A stretch of 64,000 nucleotides of DNA, from positions 1 through 64,000 of the forward strand of contig JBBIJY010000008.1 of the NCBI GenBank assembly GCA_037445735.1. Direction: 5' to 3'. A program made the translations under genes and the position numbers. Below the pieces are notes generated by a model. The model saw nothing but the letters and a program-made list of their open reading frames with translations. It ran no database searches and was not told the DNA's origin. Below are positions 40,231 to 49,553 of the stretch, one piece after another (the first letter of the stretch is position 1; the number at the start of each line of letters is the position of its first letter). This stretch comes from Armatimonadota bacterium (GTDB taxonomy: Bacteria > Armatimonadota > Fimbriimonadia > Fimbriimonadales > GBS-DC).

Positions 40231-40632
40231 TTAGACCGTCCAGTCTTCGCAAACCAGATTCGGAACTCGTGCGAACTCACGGATGTTGTTCGTGACCAGT
40301 ACAACCCCATTGGCAAGGGCAATTGCCGCAATGAGCAGGTCGTGAGGACCAATAAGCTGCCCGCTGGCGGTCAAGCTGGCGCGAATTGCCCCATACACCT
40401 GAGCCGCGCGCGAACAGAAGGGCAACACGAGAAACGGCTCGAAAAACGCCTCAAGCAGGTTGAGGTTGTGCGTCGGGTTTTGGCTGCGCCATGCACCATA
40501 GTAAAGCTCCGCCTGCACAATCGTACACAACGCTACCTCACTGGGCGCGATTGCCCTCAATCGCTCCCGTACCCGCGAGTGAGGAGACCTCAGGTAGTCG
40601 ATACAGGTGCTGGTGTCAAGAAGATACTTCAT
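40231..40632 (-). CDS. vapC: VapC-family PIN-domain toxin
   Basis: MKYLLDTS, AELYYGA, IGPHDLLIAAIA, LVTNNIREF. Confidence 0.9.
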   Translation of the reverse strand: MKYLLDTSTCIDYLRSPHSRVRERLRAIAPSEVALCTIVQAELYYGAWRSQNPTHNLNLLEAFFEPFLVLPFCSRAAQVYGAIRASLTASGQLIGPHDLLIAAIALANGVVLVTNNIREFARVPNLVCEDWTV

Positions 40633-40876
40633 CGCTCTCGTCGAGTGAAGGACGAATTTCATAGTCCCCTGGTGAGGGGCGCTCGAAGTCTCCTTCCCAG
40701 CGTCCGCAGGTGGTCTCAAAGAAGGCGTCCGGCCAGCGGGAGGCGGGGCAGGTCTTCACCGCCCGCGCCATCAGGAACACCTCAACCTCACCTGCGGGCA
40801 GAGTGGTTGGAACCTTCACCTCCAGCACGCCGTCGTCATCAACCCTCGCCGTGATGTGGATGCTCAGTGTGTCCAT
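40616..40876 (-). CDS. Putative antitoxin
   Basis: 86 aa ORF upstream of and overlapping vapC; WPDAFFETTCGRW...ERP acidic C-terminus. Confidence 0.65.
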   Translation of the reverse strand: MDTLSIHITARVDDDGVLEVKVPTTLPAGEVEVFLMARAVKTCPASRWPDAFFETTCGRWEGDFERPSPGDYEIRPSLDESDEVSS

Positions 40877-40954
40877 ATCGCTGGAATTTTACCCCAGCGC
40901 AGAAACCCGCCCGCCGCGAATAAGTGAGCTTGCCGCAAGCGCAGGCGCACAAAA

Positions 40955-41199
40955 CCCCCTCGCCCGAAGCATCAGGCGAGAGGGCGTGGGGGCGAGAGCA
41001 CAAAAAATTCTCTCTCCCCTGCAGGTGGGGGAGAGGGTACGGGTGAGGGGGCTAAGCCGCTTGCGCCTGCAAGAAACCCCTCACCCCCAGCCCCTCTCCC
41101 ACACTGTGGGAGAGGGAGGTCTAATCCCCTCCCCCGCAGGCGGGGGAGAGGGATTTTGAACACCCTCTCCCCTTTGGGGAGAGAGCAGGGGTGAGGGGC
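40955..41199. repeat. Intergenic CCCTC palindromic array on the right side of the vapBC-like module
   Basis: Several hairpin units including the 90-bp direct repeat 41027-41116. Confidence 0.9.
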
Positions 41200-41396
41200 A
41201 TCCTTTCCTCTGGTTGGATTTTTCGAACAGCCTCAGGAGGTCAGGGGCAAATTCCAGGCAAAATGCGGGACTCGCACGCCCGGAAAGCATCCCAGCATTA
41301 CGGGGATGTTCCCGAAGTCGTGCGGACACAGCGTGCAGGAAGGGGGGCATCTTTGAAGCGCAGGTGGCGCCGTTTCTGGCGAACTTTTGCCCCTCT

Positions 41397-42962
41397 CTAC
41401 CGTTGCAGACGCGGGAAGAGAGGTTTCGGCGGCTGGAGCGGATGACCCGCGGGCAGGGGCGCACCGCCGTGCGCCCCTACCTCCAGCTCGCTCCAGCGCG
41501 GCACCTCCGGCAGGTTCAGAAAGGCAGCCATCGCACGGGCGACCGCCGGCATCACGGGTTCCACCAGCATGCAGAGCAGGCGCACCGCCTCCAGCCCCGC
41601 GTACAGCACTGTCCCCGCCCGCTGAGTCTCACCCGCCTTCATCAGCGACCAGGGCGCCTGCTCGTCATAATAGCGGTTGACCGTTGCGATAATCTCCCAC
41701 GCTTCGCGCAGCCCGCGCGGGAAATCGACCGCCTCGTACGCCTCCGCCACCCGCGCCACCTGCTGACGGAACACCGCCACCAGCCCATCGTCCACCTGAG
41801 CCCCTGAAGGCACACGCCCCTCAAAGTAGCGATGCACCATCGACAGCGTGCGATGCACCAGATTGCCCAGGTCGTTCGCGAGGTCGCCATTATAGCGCGT
41901 CTCCAGCCCCAGCAGGCTGAACTCGGCGTCCGAATCGGTGGGCATCTCGCGCAGCATATAGTAGCGGAAGGCGTCGACCGCGCAGGGCAGCTCGCAGCCG
42001 GACGCCTGCGCGAGCATCTGCGCCACCTCTAACGGCGCATACACATTCCCCAGCGACTTGGACATCTTCTGCTGGTTCACCACCCACCAGCCGTGCCCAT
42101 AGAGGCGAACGGGCAACGGGATGCCCAGCGCCATCAGCATCGCGGGCCAGATGGTCGCGTGGAAGCGAGGCAAAATATCTTTGCCCATCAGCTGCAAATC
42201 GGGTGGCCAGATATCGAGATAGTCCTCGCCGCGCTCCAGCCAGTTGGTCGCGGTGAGGTAGTTCAGCAGGGCATCGAACCACACATAGACCACCGCGCCG
42301 CTCTCGTCGTCGGGCACGGGCACGCCCCAGTCGGTGCCCGAGCGGCTCACTGCCACATCCTGAAGCCCTTCAGCGATAAAGCCCAGCGTCTCGTTGCGCC
42401 GTACTTCTGGCTGAACGAACTCAGGGTGGCTCCCAATATGCTCGCGCAGGCGCGATTCGTAAGCGGAGAGTCGAAAGTAGTAGCACGGCTCATCGCGCCA
42501 CTCCAGCGGCTTGCCGCAGTCGGGGCACGCTCGCTCCGCGCCAATCTTGCTGGATGCCCAGAAGGTCTCGCACGAGATGCAGTACCAGCCCTGATAGCTG
42601 CCCCTGTAAATATCGCCCTGCTCGCGCAGGCGGCGGAACACCGCCTCCACCGTGCGCTTATGGCGCTCTTCGGTCGTGCGGATGAACACATCGTACTCGA
42701 TATGCAGTGCCTGCCAGGTGCGGGCGAACACCTCCGCCATCTCGTCCACGAACTGCTGGGTCGGCTTGCCCTGCTCCTGCGCGACGCGATGCACTTTGGG
42801 CGCGTTTTCGTCCGTGCCCGTGAGAAAATAGACCGCGCGCCCGCGCCGCTTCTGGAACCGTGCGCAGGCATCCGCCACAATCGTGGTGAGCGCCGTGCCG
42901 ATGTGCGGCGCGCTGTTCACATAGTAAATCGGCGTCGTGATGTAATAGCACCGTTTGCCCAT
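41397..42962 (-). CDS. metG: Methionyl-tRNA synthetase (short form without C-terminal tRNA-binding domain)
   Basis: YITTPIYYVN, HIGT (HIGH-like), TGTDE, YVWFDAL, GKDI..FH, KMSKS, LANDLGNL; start 42962. Confidence 0.96.
   Translation of the reverse strand: MGKRCYYITTPIYYVNSAPHIGTALTTIVADACARFQKRRGRAVYFLTGTDENAPKVHRVAQEQGKPTQQFVDEMAEVFARTWQALHIEYDVFIRTTEERHKRTVEAVFRRLREQGDIYRGSYQGWYCISCETFWASSKIGAERACPDCGKPLEWRDEPCYYFRLSAYESRLREHIGSHPEFVQPEVRRNETLGFIAEGLQDVAVSRSGTDWGVPVPDDESGAVVYVWFDALLNYLTATNWLERGEDYLDIWPPDLQLMGKDILPRFHATIWPAMLMALGIPLPVRLYGHGWWVVNQQKMSKSLGNVYAPLEVAQMLAQASGCELPCAVDAFRYYMLREMPTDSDAEFSLLGLETRYNGDLANDLGNLVHRTLSMVHRYFEGRVPSGAQVDDGLVAVFRQQVARVAEAYEAVDFPRGLREAWEIIATVNRYYDEQAPWSLMKAGETQRAGTVLYAGLEAVRLLCMLVEPVMPAVARAMAAFLNLPEVPRWSELEVGAHGGAPLPAGHPLQPPKPLFPRLQR
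41455..41480 (-). repeat. GTAG-type REP-like palindrome inside metG
   Basis: Minus strand GTAGGGGCGCACGGCGGTGCGCCCCT, translated in frame as VGAHGGAP. Confidence 0.7.
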
Positions 42963-43047
42963 CGCTATCCCGATAGAGTTTACCTGCTGGCGATGGGGTA
43001 TAATACTGCTGGCTGCAACTCCACACGGGCAGCCGAAAGGAGGATCA

Positions 43048-44574
43048 ATGATGATGAACCGATGGCTTCTGGCAACGGTTAGCATGCTGGGCGCGCTCAG
43101 CATCGCCCTTGCGCAACCGCGCGTCGTGATCAACGAGTTCGCCTACGACGATACGGGCACTGACGATGTGGAGTTCGTCGAACTCTATAACGCCGATACG
43201 GTGCCGGTGGACATTTCGGGCTGGGTGCTGGAAAGCGGCGACCTGGTATCGGGTGATAACAACGCCGACTACACCATCCCCGCAGGCACGGTGCTTCAAC
43301 CCGGCGACTACTATGTGATTGGCTCCGGGAATGTGCCGAATGTGGACCTTGTGGTGGGTGCCAACAACCTGTTCGAGAACGATAACGAGTGGACGGCTCT
43401 CAGGATGCCTGACGGCACGGTGGTGGATGCGATTGCCTATGAGACCAATAAGAACCCCGATCTCACTGCGTGGGTGCCTGCCGCCGTGATTCCGCAGCTG
43501 GGTCGGGGCATCTGGGGCAACTACATCACTTTGCAAGCCAGCACCTCCACGGATAACACCCTGCTCTCGCTTCAGCGCTGGAAGGATGGGCTGGACACCA
43601 ACGATAACGGGCGCGACTTCGGGCATATGCCCTGGACGCCCGGCGCATCCAATAACACCACCCCCACGCCCTTCACGCAAAACTTTAATGCGCTCAATGT
43701 GTATGACCTCGTGCCGAACCTGAGCGGCGCGTTCCGCGCCCCGCGCGTGATCGACCCGACCCAGTGGGATGGCACCTACACCACCACGCCAAACCCGAAC
43801 TCAATCCCCTACTCGCCCGATGGCGGCAACGCGATGATCGCCTGGGACTGGGCAGGCGGCGGCAACATGGCAACCTCCACCTTCGCCTTCCAGAACCGCG
43901 CCGGCTATGAACTCTATATCTACATCGATAACACCCAGCCCATTCCGGGCGAATTAGAATCGTGGATAATCGGGCTGATGGGCACTGCCGATTCGTTCTA
44001 TAATATCCCGTTCCGATATCTGGTGAATGCATGCGGTGTGACAGGTGTCGGCTGGCTGTTCAAACGCGCGAACACCACCAGCGACGAGGTGGCGGTGAAG
44101 CTGCGCCTCGTCGATGCGGGTCCGGGCGGCGACAGCAATCCACAGGGCACGATGCAGTGGACAACCTTTGGCGAGATCGACCTGAGCAGCATTACGCCCG
44201 GCTGGTATCGCCTGCGTCTGGAAGTGAAGGGCAACAAGGTGCGCGGTATCTTCGGCGGCACCTACGGCTCCTCTTCTGACGGCACGATTATTGAGGGCAC
44301 CACCAGCGGCTGGATCGGCGCGTTTTACATCGGCTACCGTGAAGTCTACGCCACCGACCAGTTCGCCAATCCCGTACGCATCGACGCGCTGAACCTGTTC
44401 ATCCCCGTCGATGGCGATGTGGATGGCAACGGCTGTGTGGATGACGCCGACCTGCTGGAGGTGCTGTTCGCCTTCGGGCAGACAGGTGCCTCACGCGCCG
44501 ATGTGAACGGCGATGGCACAGTCGACGACGCCGACCTGCTGACCGTGCTGTTCGACTTCGGCAGCGGCTGTTAG
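43048..44574 (+). CDS. Secreted protein: signal peptide, lamin-tail-like domain, C-terminal dockerin-like double EF-hand tag
   Basis: Signal peptide ending ALA; VVINEF...EFVELYN...VDISGW; GDVDGNGCVDDADLL...DVNGDGTVDDADLL...FGSGC. Confidence 0.78.
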   Translation: MMMNRWLLATVSMLGALSIALAQPRVVINEFAYDDTGTDDVEFVELYNADTVPVDISGWVLESGDLVSGDNNADYTIPAGTVLQPGDYYVIGSGNVPNVDLVVGANNLFENDNEWTALRMPDGTVVDAIAYETNKNPDLTAWVPAAVIPQLGRGIWGNYITLQASTSTDNTLLSLQRWKDGLDTNDNGRDFGHMPWTPGASNNTTPTPFTQNFNALNVYDLVPNLSGAFRAPRVIDPTQWDGTYTTTPNPNSIPYSPDGGNAMIAWDWAGGGNMATSTFAFQNRAGYELYIYIDNTQPIPGELESWIIGLMGTADSFYNIPFRYLVNACGVTGVGWLFKRANTTSDEVAVKLRLVDAGPGGDSNPQGTMQWTTFGEIDLSSITPGWYRLRLEVKGNKVRGIFGGTYGSSSDGTIIEGTTSGWIGAFYIGYREVYATDQFANPVRIDALNLFIPVDGDVDGNGCVDDADLLEVLFAFGQTGASRADVNGDGTVDDADLLTVLFDFGSGC

Positions 44575-44760
44575 CCCTCACCCCCTGCCCTCTCTCCCAC
44601 GCAGCGGGAGAGGGGGTTCCGAAGCCCTCTCCCCCTTCAGGAGGGTACGGGTGAGGGGGCTTTGCACCTCTGTGCTGGGGATAAGTCCCTCACCCCCTGC
44701 CCCTGCTCCCGAAGCTTCGGGAGGGGCTGAAGCCCTCTCCCCTTGAAGGGGCTGGGTGAG
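44575..44760. repeat. Intergenic CCCTC palindromic array beginning at the stop codon of the secreted protein
   Basis: CCCTCACCCCC..CTCTCCC..GGGAGAGGG, GAGGGTACGGGTGAGGG units, partly degenerate. Confidence 0.85.
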
Positions 44761-44792
44761 ATGGGTATAATCTTCTGACAGGGGAGCGAACG

Positions 44793-45581
44793 ATGAAAAC
44801 AAGGGGCTTTACGCTGATTGAGCTGCTGGTCGTGATCGCGATCATCGCCATCCTGGCGGCGATCCTGTTCCCCGTGTTCGCACAGGCACGCAACAAGGCT
44901 CGTCAGACCGCCTGCATCAGCAACATCCGCCAGTGCTGGCTGGCGCTAACGATGTACCGGGACGACCACGACAGCGTGTATCCCTATGGCGTCGATGTGA
45001 ATCTGTCCGAGCGAATCGATAGCTGCGCTCGCTGGAACCGCTCCCAGCTGATTCTCACCTGGGAGGGGCCCAATCTGCCTCGCCAGGGTTCACCGGTGGG
45101 CTGCATCGTTTTCGGCACTGCATTCCCTGTCTGGCTGCCGACCGCTCAAGGACGCCGCCCCATTATCGAGCCGTATTTGAAGGACAATAAGGTTATCTAC
45201 TGCCCGAATGTGCCTCAATGCTGGATCGAGGGCAACTGTCCAAACCCGATAGAGCGCTATATCGTGAATGGGCAGCTTTATGAGACCTACATGTACGCCC
45301 CTGAACGCTCCCGTGGACGCTCCAGCTACTACTATCCAAACTATGAGTGGGGCGCCTTTTTCTATACTGGCTCCTCACGCGATGAGGCACACACACTGGC
45401 AGAGCAAAACCTGATCTGGGGGCGCTCAGGCGATACGCTGGACGAACGGGTGCGCATCCTGCTGGATAACTACCTGCGGGCACAGCGCCATATTGACAGC
45501 CATGGGCATCATACGATGGTATCCGTCTTTCAGAACGGTTCCACCAAAGTCTGGAAGTGGTATCAGGACGAGCGCCCATGA
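44793..45581 (+). CDS. Prepilin-type N-terminal methylation domain protein (DUF1559-like)
   Basis: [41 protein letters not shown]; degenerate C-terminal VFQNG. Confidence 0.85.
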   Translation: MKTRGFTLIELLVVIAIIAILAAILFPVFAQARNKARQTACISNIRQCWLALTMYRDDHDSVYPYGVDVNLSERIDSCARWNRSQLILTWEGPNLPRQGSPVGCIVFGTAFPVWLPTAQGRRPIIEPYLKDNKVIYCPNVPQCWIEGNCPNPIERYIVNGQLYETYMYAPERSRGRSSYYYPNYEWGAFFYTGSSRDEAHTLAEQNLIWGRSGDTLDERVRILLDNYLRAQRHIDSHGHHTMVSVFQNGSTKVWKWYQDERP

Positions 45582-45653
45582 AGCCTTATTAACTGCAACC
45601 GTTCGGGGACACGATATTTGCACGCCCACGAACCCCTCTTGCCACCCATCAAA

Positions 45654-45706
45654 GCAGGAATCGCCCCGGAGGTGGGGTATAATAGAAGGTGATTGAAGCG
45701 CTTCAA
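45654..45706 (+). promoter_or_regulatory. Putative promoter (GCAGGAA..GGGTATAAT) with LacI-like operator TTGAAGCGCTTCAA
   Basis: TATAAT 45678-45683; perfect 14-bp palindrome 45693-45706; near-copy at 60424-60474. Confidence 0.7.
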
Positions 45707-45750
45707 AAGCGTGGGCAACCCACCACCGAAGCGCGAGGGAGGCTCAAACG

Positions 45751-46554
45751 ATGAGGCGAAGGGGCTTTACGCTGATTGAGCTGCTGGTCGTCATCGCGAT
45801 CATCGCCATCTTAGCGGCGATGCTGTTCCCGGTGTTCGCGCAGGCGCGCGAAAAAGCGCGTCAAATCACCTGCACCAGCAACGATAAACAGATGGGCATG
45901 GCAACGATGATGTACCTCAACGACTATGACCAGCTCTGGTTCCCTGCCTGGGTGGAAGTGCCCGGACCTGGCAACGGGCACTGGTTCTTCAAAATCTCGC
46001 CTTATATCAAATCGGGCACTGGCGCCGACTGGAGTACCTATCGCCGCGACCGCAATGTGGAGATTCGCATCTGCCCGTCGGGTGTCGCCATCGCTTTCAA
46101 CTACAGCATGAACGGGCATATCAGCCTTCTGCGCCAGGACTGCCCTCTGGGTCCTTACACCTGCTACGACCCCGATTCGGAAGCCATCTTCACCCACCCT
46201 GCCGAGACGATTATTTATGGCGATGCGACTCAGCTGGAGGGCTGGGACTGGGCGTCGTCGGCGAACTTCTGCTGGTGGCCGTCGCAGGCGACCTGCTGGA
46301 ACGGCGGGCGGTTCCCGCAGGGCGATGAGGACCCGCTCTGGCGGATTGTGGATCGCGACCTGCCCGCCTCCGTGTGCAATCCGCGACAGAGGGACTGCTC
46401 GAATCTCGGCTACGGGCAGGTACGCTATCGTCATCAGCGGTTCGCTGTGTTCGTCTTCGCGGATGGGCACGCCAAAGCGATTCGACGCGGCGCCGTCAAA
46501 GTGCCCTGGAACTGGTCAATCACCGCCCAGCACGAGAACGACTGGGCACGGTGA
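45751..46554 (+). CDS. Prepilin-type protein with C-terminal H-X9-DG motif (DUF1559-like)
   Basis: [41 protein letters not shown]. Confidence 0.88.
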   Translation: MRRRGFTLIELLVVIAIIAILAAMLFPVFAQAREKARQITCTSNDKQMGMATMMYLNDYDQLWFPAWVEVPGPGNGHWFFKISPYIKSGTGADWSTYRRDRNVEIRICPSGVAIAFNYSMNGHISLLRQDCPLGPYTCYDPDSEAIFTHPAETIIYGDATQLEGWDWASSANFCWWPSQATCWNGGRFPQGDEDPLWRIVDRDLPASVCNPRQRDCSNLGYGQVRYRHQRFAVFVFADGHAKAIRRGAVKVPWNWSITAQHENDWAR

Positions 46555-46645
46555 AGCAGGAGCGCCGCCATCAGCCTGCACTCCCCACCATGCTGGAAGG
46601 AATTGCAGGCTGAACGGCTAAACAGAGTGTGCGGAGGGAACAGCG

Positions 46646-46894
46646 ATGCTCAGGCAAGAGATACCGACGCCTGTGGCGATAGGGATTATCGTCGTGGTAT
46701 TGTTGATTGTGGGCTTTCTGGTCTATCGGTTTGTGTTTGCGCCTGCGCCCACCGTGAGCACCATTCCGGAGGTGCAGATGCCGTCGCCCAGCGCGACGGC
46801 GCCGCCGGCTCCGGGAGGTCAGCCGCAGGCGCCTGCGAATGACCCGACCCGTGCGCCTTTCACACCGCCGCCGAACTACGGCGCACCGCGATAG
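46646..46894 (+). CDS. Small single-pass membrane protein with Pro-rich tail
   Basis: One TM segment (VAIGIIVVVLLIVGFLVY) plus Pro/Ala-rich C-terminus; GGAGG SD. Confidence 0.6.
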   Translation: MLRQEIPTPVAIGIIVVVLLIVGFLVYRFVFAPAPTVSTIPEVQMPSPSATAPPAPGGQPQAPANDPTRAPFTPPPNYGAPR

Positions 46895-46909
46895 AGCGCT
46901 AACAGGCGT

Positions 46910-47584
46910 TCAGGTGTTCTCCTCAACGCCCAGCTCGCGCAGCCGCTGGGCTAACTGCTCGGCGCGCTGACGCTCCTGCTCGGCGCGGGCAATCGCTTCC
47001 TGCAGCGCCTGCTTGACCGCTTCAAATCGCACGAAACGGTTGCCCTCCGCGTCGTACACGCCAGGGTCGTCTCCTTCACCGCGTTCGAACCGAATCCCCA
47101 GCAGGGGGCTGACCCAGCCCTCCATGTTCTCGATTGGCTCCAGGAAATCGCCCTTGCGAATCGCGCCGTACCACTGACCTGTGTCGGGATCGTAGATGTA
47201 GTACTCCTGCACGCCGAAACGGTCGTAGAAAGCGTGCTTGAAGCCCCAATCTGCCAGCGTGTTGCCGGGTGAGACGACCTCGAACACCACCTGGGGCGCG
47301 ACGCCACCCTCTTCCCACTGTTTGTAGGAGCCGCGATGCCCCTTCGGGCGCCCAATCACCACCATCACATCGGGCGCCGTGCGAATATCGGGGCGACCCT
47401 CCACCGGGTACCAGAACAGATCCATCGCCACGAACACATCCGCGCGACTGGCAAACATCGCTTCCAGATTATCTTTCAGCAGGGTCATCACATTCGCCTG
47501 TATCGTGTTACTCGCCATCGGTTGACCGTCCGTCTCCGGGTAGACAATCCCGGCTTTTAGCGCTTCGGATGCCGTCGCTTGCAT
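46910..47584 (-). CDS. Uma2-family (DUF820) putative endonuclease
   Basis: YPETDGQPMA, APDVMVV, YKQWEE, VVFEVVSP, GVQEYYIYDP, RAEQLAQRLRELG. Confidence 0.87.
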   Translation of the reverse strand: MQATASEALKAGIVYPETDGQPMASNTIQANVMTLLKDNLEAMFASRADVFVAMDLFWYPVEGRPDIRTAPDVMVVIGRPKGHRGSYKQWEEGGVAPQVVFEVVSPGNTLADWGFKHAFYDRFGVQEYYIYDPDTGQWYGAIRKGDFLEPIENMEGWVSPLLGIRFERGEGDDPGVYDAEGNRFVRFEAVKQALQEAIARAEQERQRAEQLAQRLRELGVEENT

Positions 47585-47674
47585 CGCTCATCACCCCCAT
47601 CAGTATACCTCGTGTTGTCGGGAACGCCAGATTCAGCCACCCTGAGCTGCAACTAATCAGCACGCGCAGAGAGG

Positions 47675-48112
47675 TTAGCCAGTATCTGCCTCCTTTCGCG
47701 GAACCTGATACCGACCCGCTCGGATTAGAAGCTCACGCTCGGCAATCCGCGAAGGGTGATTTAGGCCAAGCAACCTGACGGTCGCCTCACCAACTTTGGT
47801 CAAAGGAACGATATAAGCACCATCCAGTCGGAAGTGATCCTGCCAGCGGTCGCGTCGGGGATTAAAAAGTCGCACGGGGTAATCAGCGTCATCTATGATA
47901 GTTGCTATGTCGGTACCCTTTGCGTAGTTGCAAAAGGCACATGCATAAGCAAGATTATCGAGGGTATCGGTGCCGCCATGTTTGAGGCTGATGATATGCT
48001 CAACCTGGCAACCATAGAAGGTATCGCTTTCATGAATCTGACAATATTCACAACGATAGCCTGCGCGTTCAGCCACTACAGCGCGGAGCTTTGCAGAGAT
48101 TTTACGCCTCAT
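47675..48112 (-). CDS. HNH endonuclease
   Basis: RAGYRCEYC, VEHII...HGG, NLAYACAFCN..KG, LFNPR; visibly AT-richer. Confidence 0.85.
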   Translation of the reverse strand: MRRKISAKLRAVVAERAGYRCEYCQIHESDTFYGCQVEHIISLKHGGTDTLDNLAYACAFCNYAKGTDIATIIDDADYPVRLFNPRRDRWQDHFRLDGAYIVPLTKVGEATVRLLGLNHPSRIAERELLIRAGRYQVPRKEADTG

Positions 48113-48342
48113 AGATTGTTTATCAACTCTTGCGCTCTGGCTTTCGCCAAACGAAACAGATGTTCAATCACCAGATAGTTTTCTAACTCTTCCTCTTCTT
48201 CAGGGGTCAGCGCCGATTCGCGGCGGCGTTTCAGCAGGTCTTCCAGCCGTTGTCGTGATACTTCCGATGGACGGAAGTTGACCACTTCCTTCGGGCTGAG
48301 CCGCGCAATAAACTCCACCAGCTCCTCGTAAACTTTAGGCAT
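48109..48342 (-). CDS. Small helical protein, putative antitoxin partner of the HNH nuclease
   Basis: 77 aa from ATG 48342; RLEDLL...LTPEEEEELE.Y...EHL.RLAKARA; ATGA overlap with HNH gene. Confidence 0.62.
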   Translation of the reverse strand: MPKVYEELVEFIARLSPKEVVNFRPSEVSRQRLEDLLKRRRESALTPEEEEELENYLVIEHLFRLAKARAQELINNL

Positions 48343-48400
48343 CGCCAATATTGTACCCAGCTCCCCACATGGGAGGAGCGAGCCATGATGAGGGGTACCC

Positions 48401-49435
48401 CTATTTGCTGGCGAAGGGCGCCAGCGCGGTTCGAATCGCCTGTATCTTCGCCATCAGCTCGGCGAACTCATCGGGTCGCAACGATTGGGCGCCGTCGGAG
48501 AGCGCGCGTTCTGGTTGCGGATGCACCTCGATCAGCAAGCCGTCCGCGCCCGCTGCCACCGCCGCCAGCGCGACGGCAGGCACATAGCGGGCGTGCCCGA
48601 TTCCGTGGCTGGGATCCACAATCACAGGCAGATGCGAATGGTAGCGCAAAATGGGCACCGCATTGATGTCCAGCGTATGGCGGGCGTAGGTGCGGTCGAT
48701 GGGCACGATCCCGCGCTCGCACAGCATCACCTGCTCGTTGTCCTGCATCAGCAGGTACTCGGCGGCGGCGAGCCACTCGTCGATGGTGGCGTGCGGCGCG
48801 CGCTTGAGCAATACGGGCTTGCCCGAACGCCCCGCCGCCACCAGCAGCGGGAAGTTCTGCATGCTTCGCGCCCCAATCTGCAGAATATCCACATACTCCG
48901 CCACCAGCTCCACATCGTGTGGGTCCAGCACCTCGCTCACGGTCGGGATGCCCACTTCCTCACTCACGGCTTTTAAGATTTCCAGCCCTTCGCGTTGAAG
49001 ACCCTGGAACGAGTAGGGCGAGGTGCGCGGTTTGTACGCGCCGCCGCGCAGGATGCTGGCGCCCGCCGCTTTCACCGCCCGCGCCGCGCTCAGCGTCTGC
49101 TCATAGCTCTCCACCGCGCACGGACCCGCCATCACCACGAAGTGCCCCGCGCCGATGCGCACCTCGCCGACGCGCACCTCCGTGTCATGCGGATGGAAAT
49201 CGCGCGAGGCGAGCTTGTACGGGCGCGACACATGCACCACCTGGTCCACGCCGGGCATCGCCGACAGAATCTCGTCCAGCAGCGGGCGCAGGTTCGGCGG
49301 AATCGCGCTCGGTATGCCCACCGCCGTGCGCTCGCCACCCGGCAACGGCTGCGCCTTCAGCCCATGCGACTCGATGGTCTGAACCACCGCCTGAATCTGC
49401 TCTTCCGTTGCTTCCTTCCGCATCAGCACAATCAT
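48401..49435 (-). CDS. aroF: DAHP synthase type I-beta with N-terminal regulatory domain
   Basis: AGPCAVES, RGGAYKPRTSPYSFQG, QIGARSMQN, LCERGI, VDPSH, IEVHP, SDGAQS. Confidence 0.92.
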   Translation of the reverse strand: MIVLMRKEATEEQIQAVVQTIESHGLKAQPLPGGERTAVGIPSAIPPNLRPLLDEILSAMPGVDQVVHVSRPYKLASRDFHPHDTEVRVGEVRIGAGHFVVMAGPCAVESYEQTLSAARAVKAAGASILRGGAYKPRTSPYSFQGLQREGLEILKAVSEEVGIPTVSEVLDPHDVELVAEYVDILQIGARSMQNFPLLVAAGRSGKPVLLKRAPHATIDEWLAAAEYLLMQDNEQVMLCERGIVPIDRTYARHTLDINAVPILRYHSHLPVIVDPSHGIGHARYVPAVALAAVAAGADGLLIEVHPQPERALSDGAQSLRPDEFAELMAKIQAIRTALAPFASK

Positions 49436-49553
49436 CGTCGACTCCCCTCTATCACACAGCTGGCTTCCCAAGTATACCCTGCCCAATAACCATGAGCGCA
49501 CAGGTATCTGATCACCGCATGAGGACGGCGGGTATATTCACTTTGGGCAGCAA

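Noticed and set aside
40213-40854. 213-aa plus-strand ORF
   Set aside because: Antisense to the clearly recognisable vapC/antitoxin pair.
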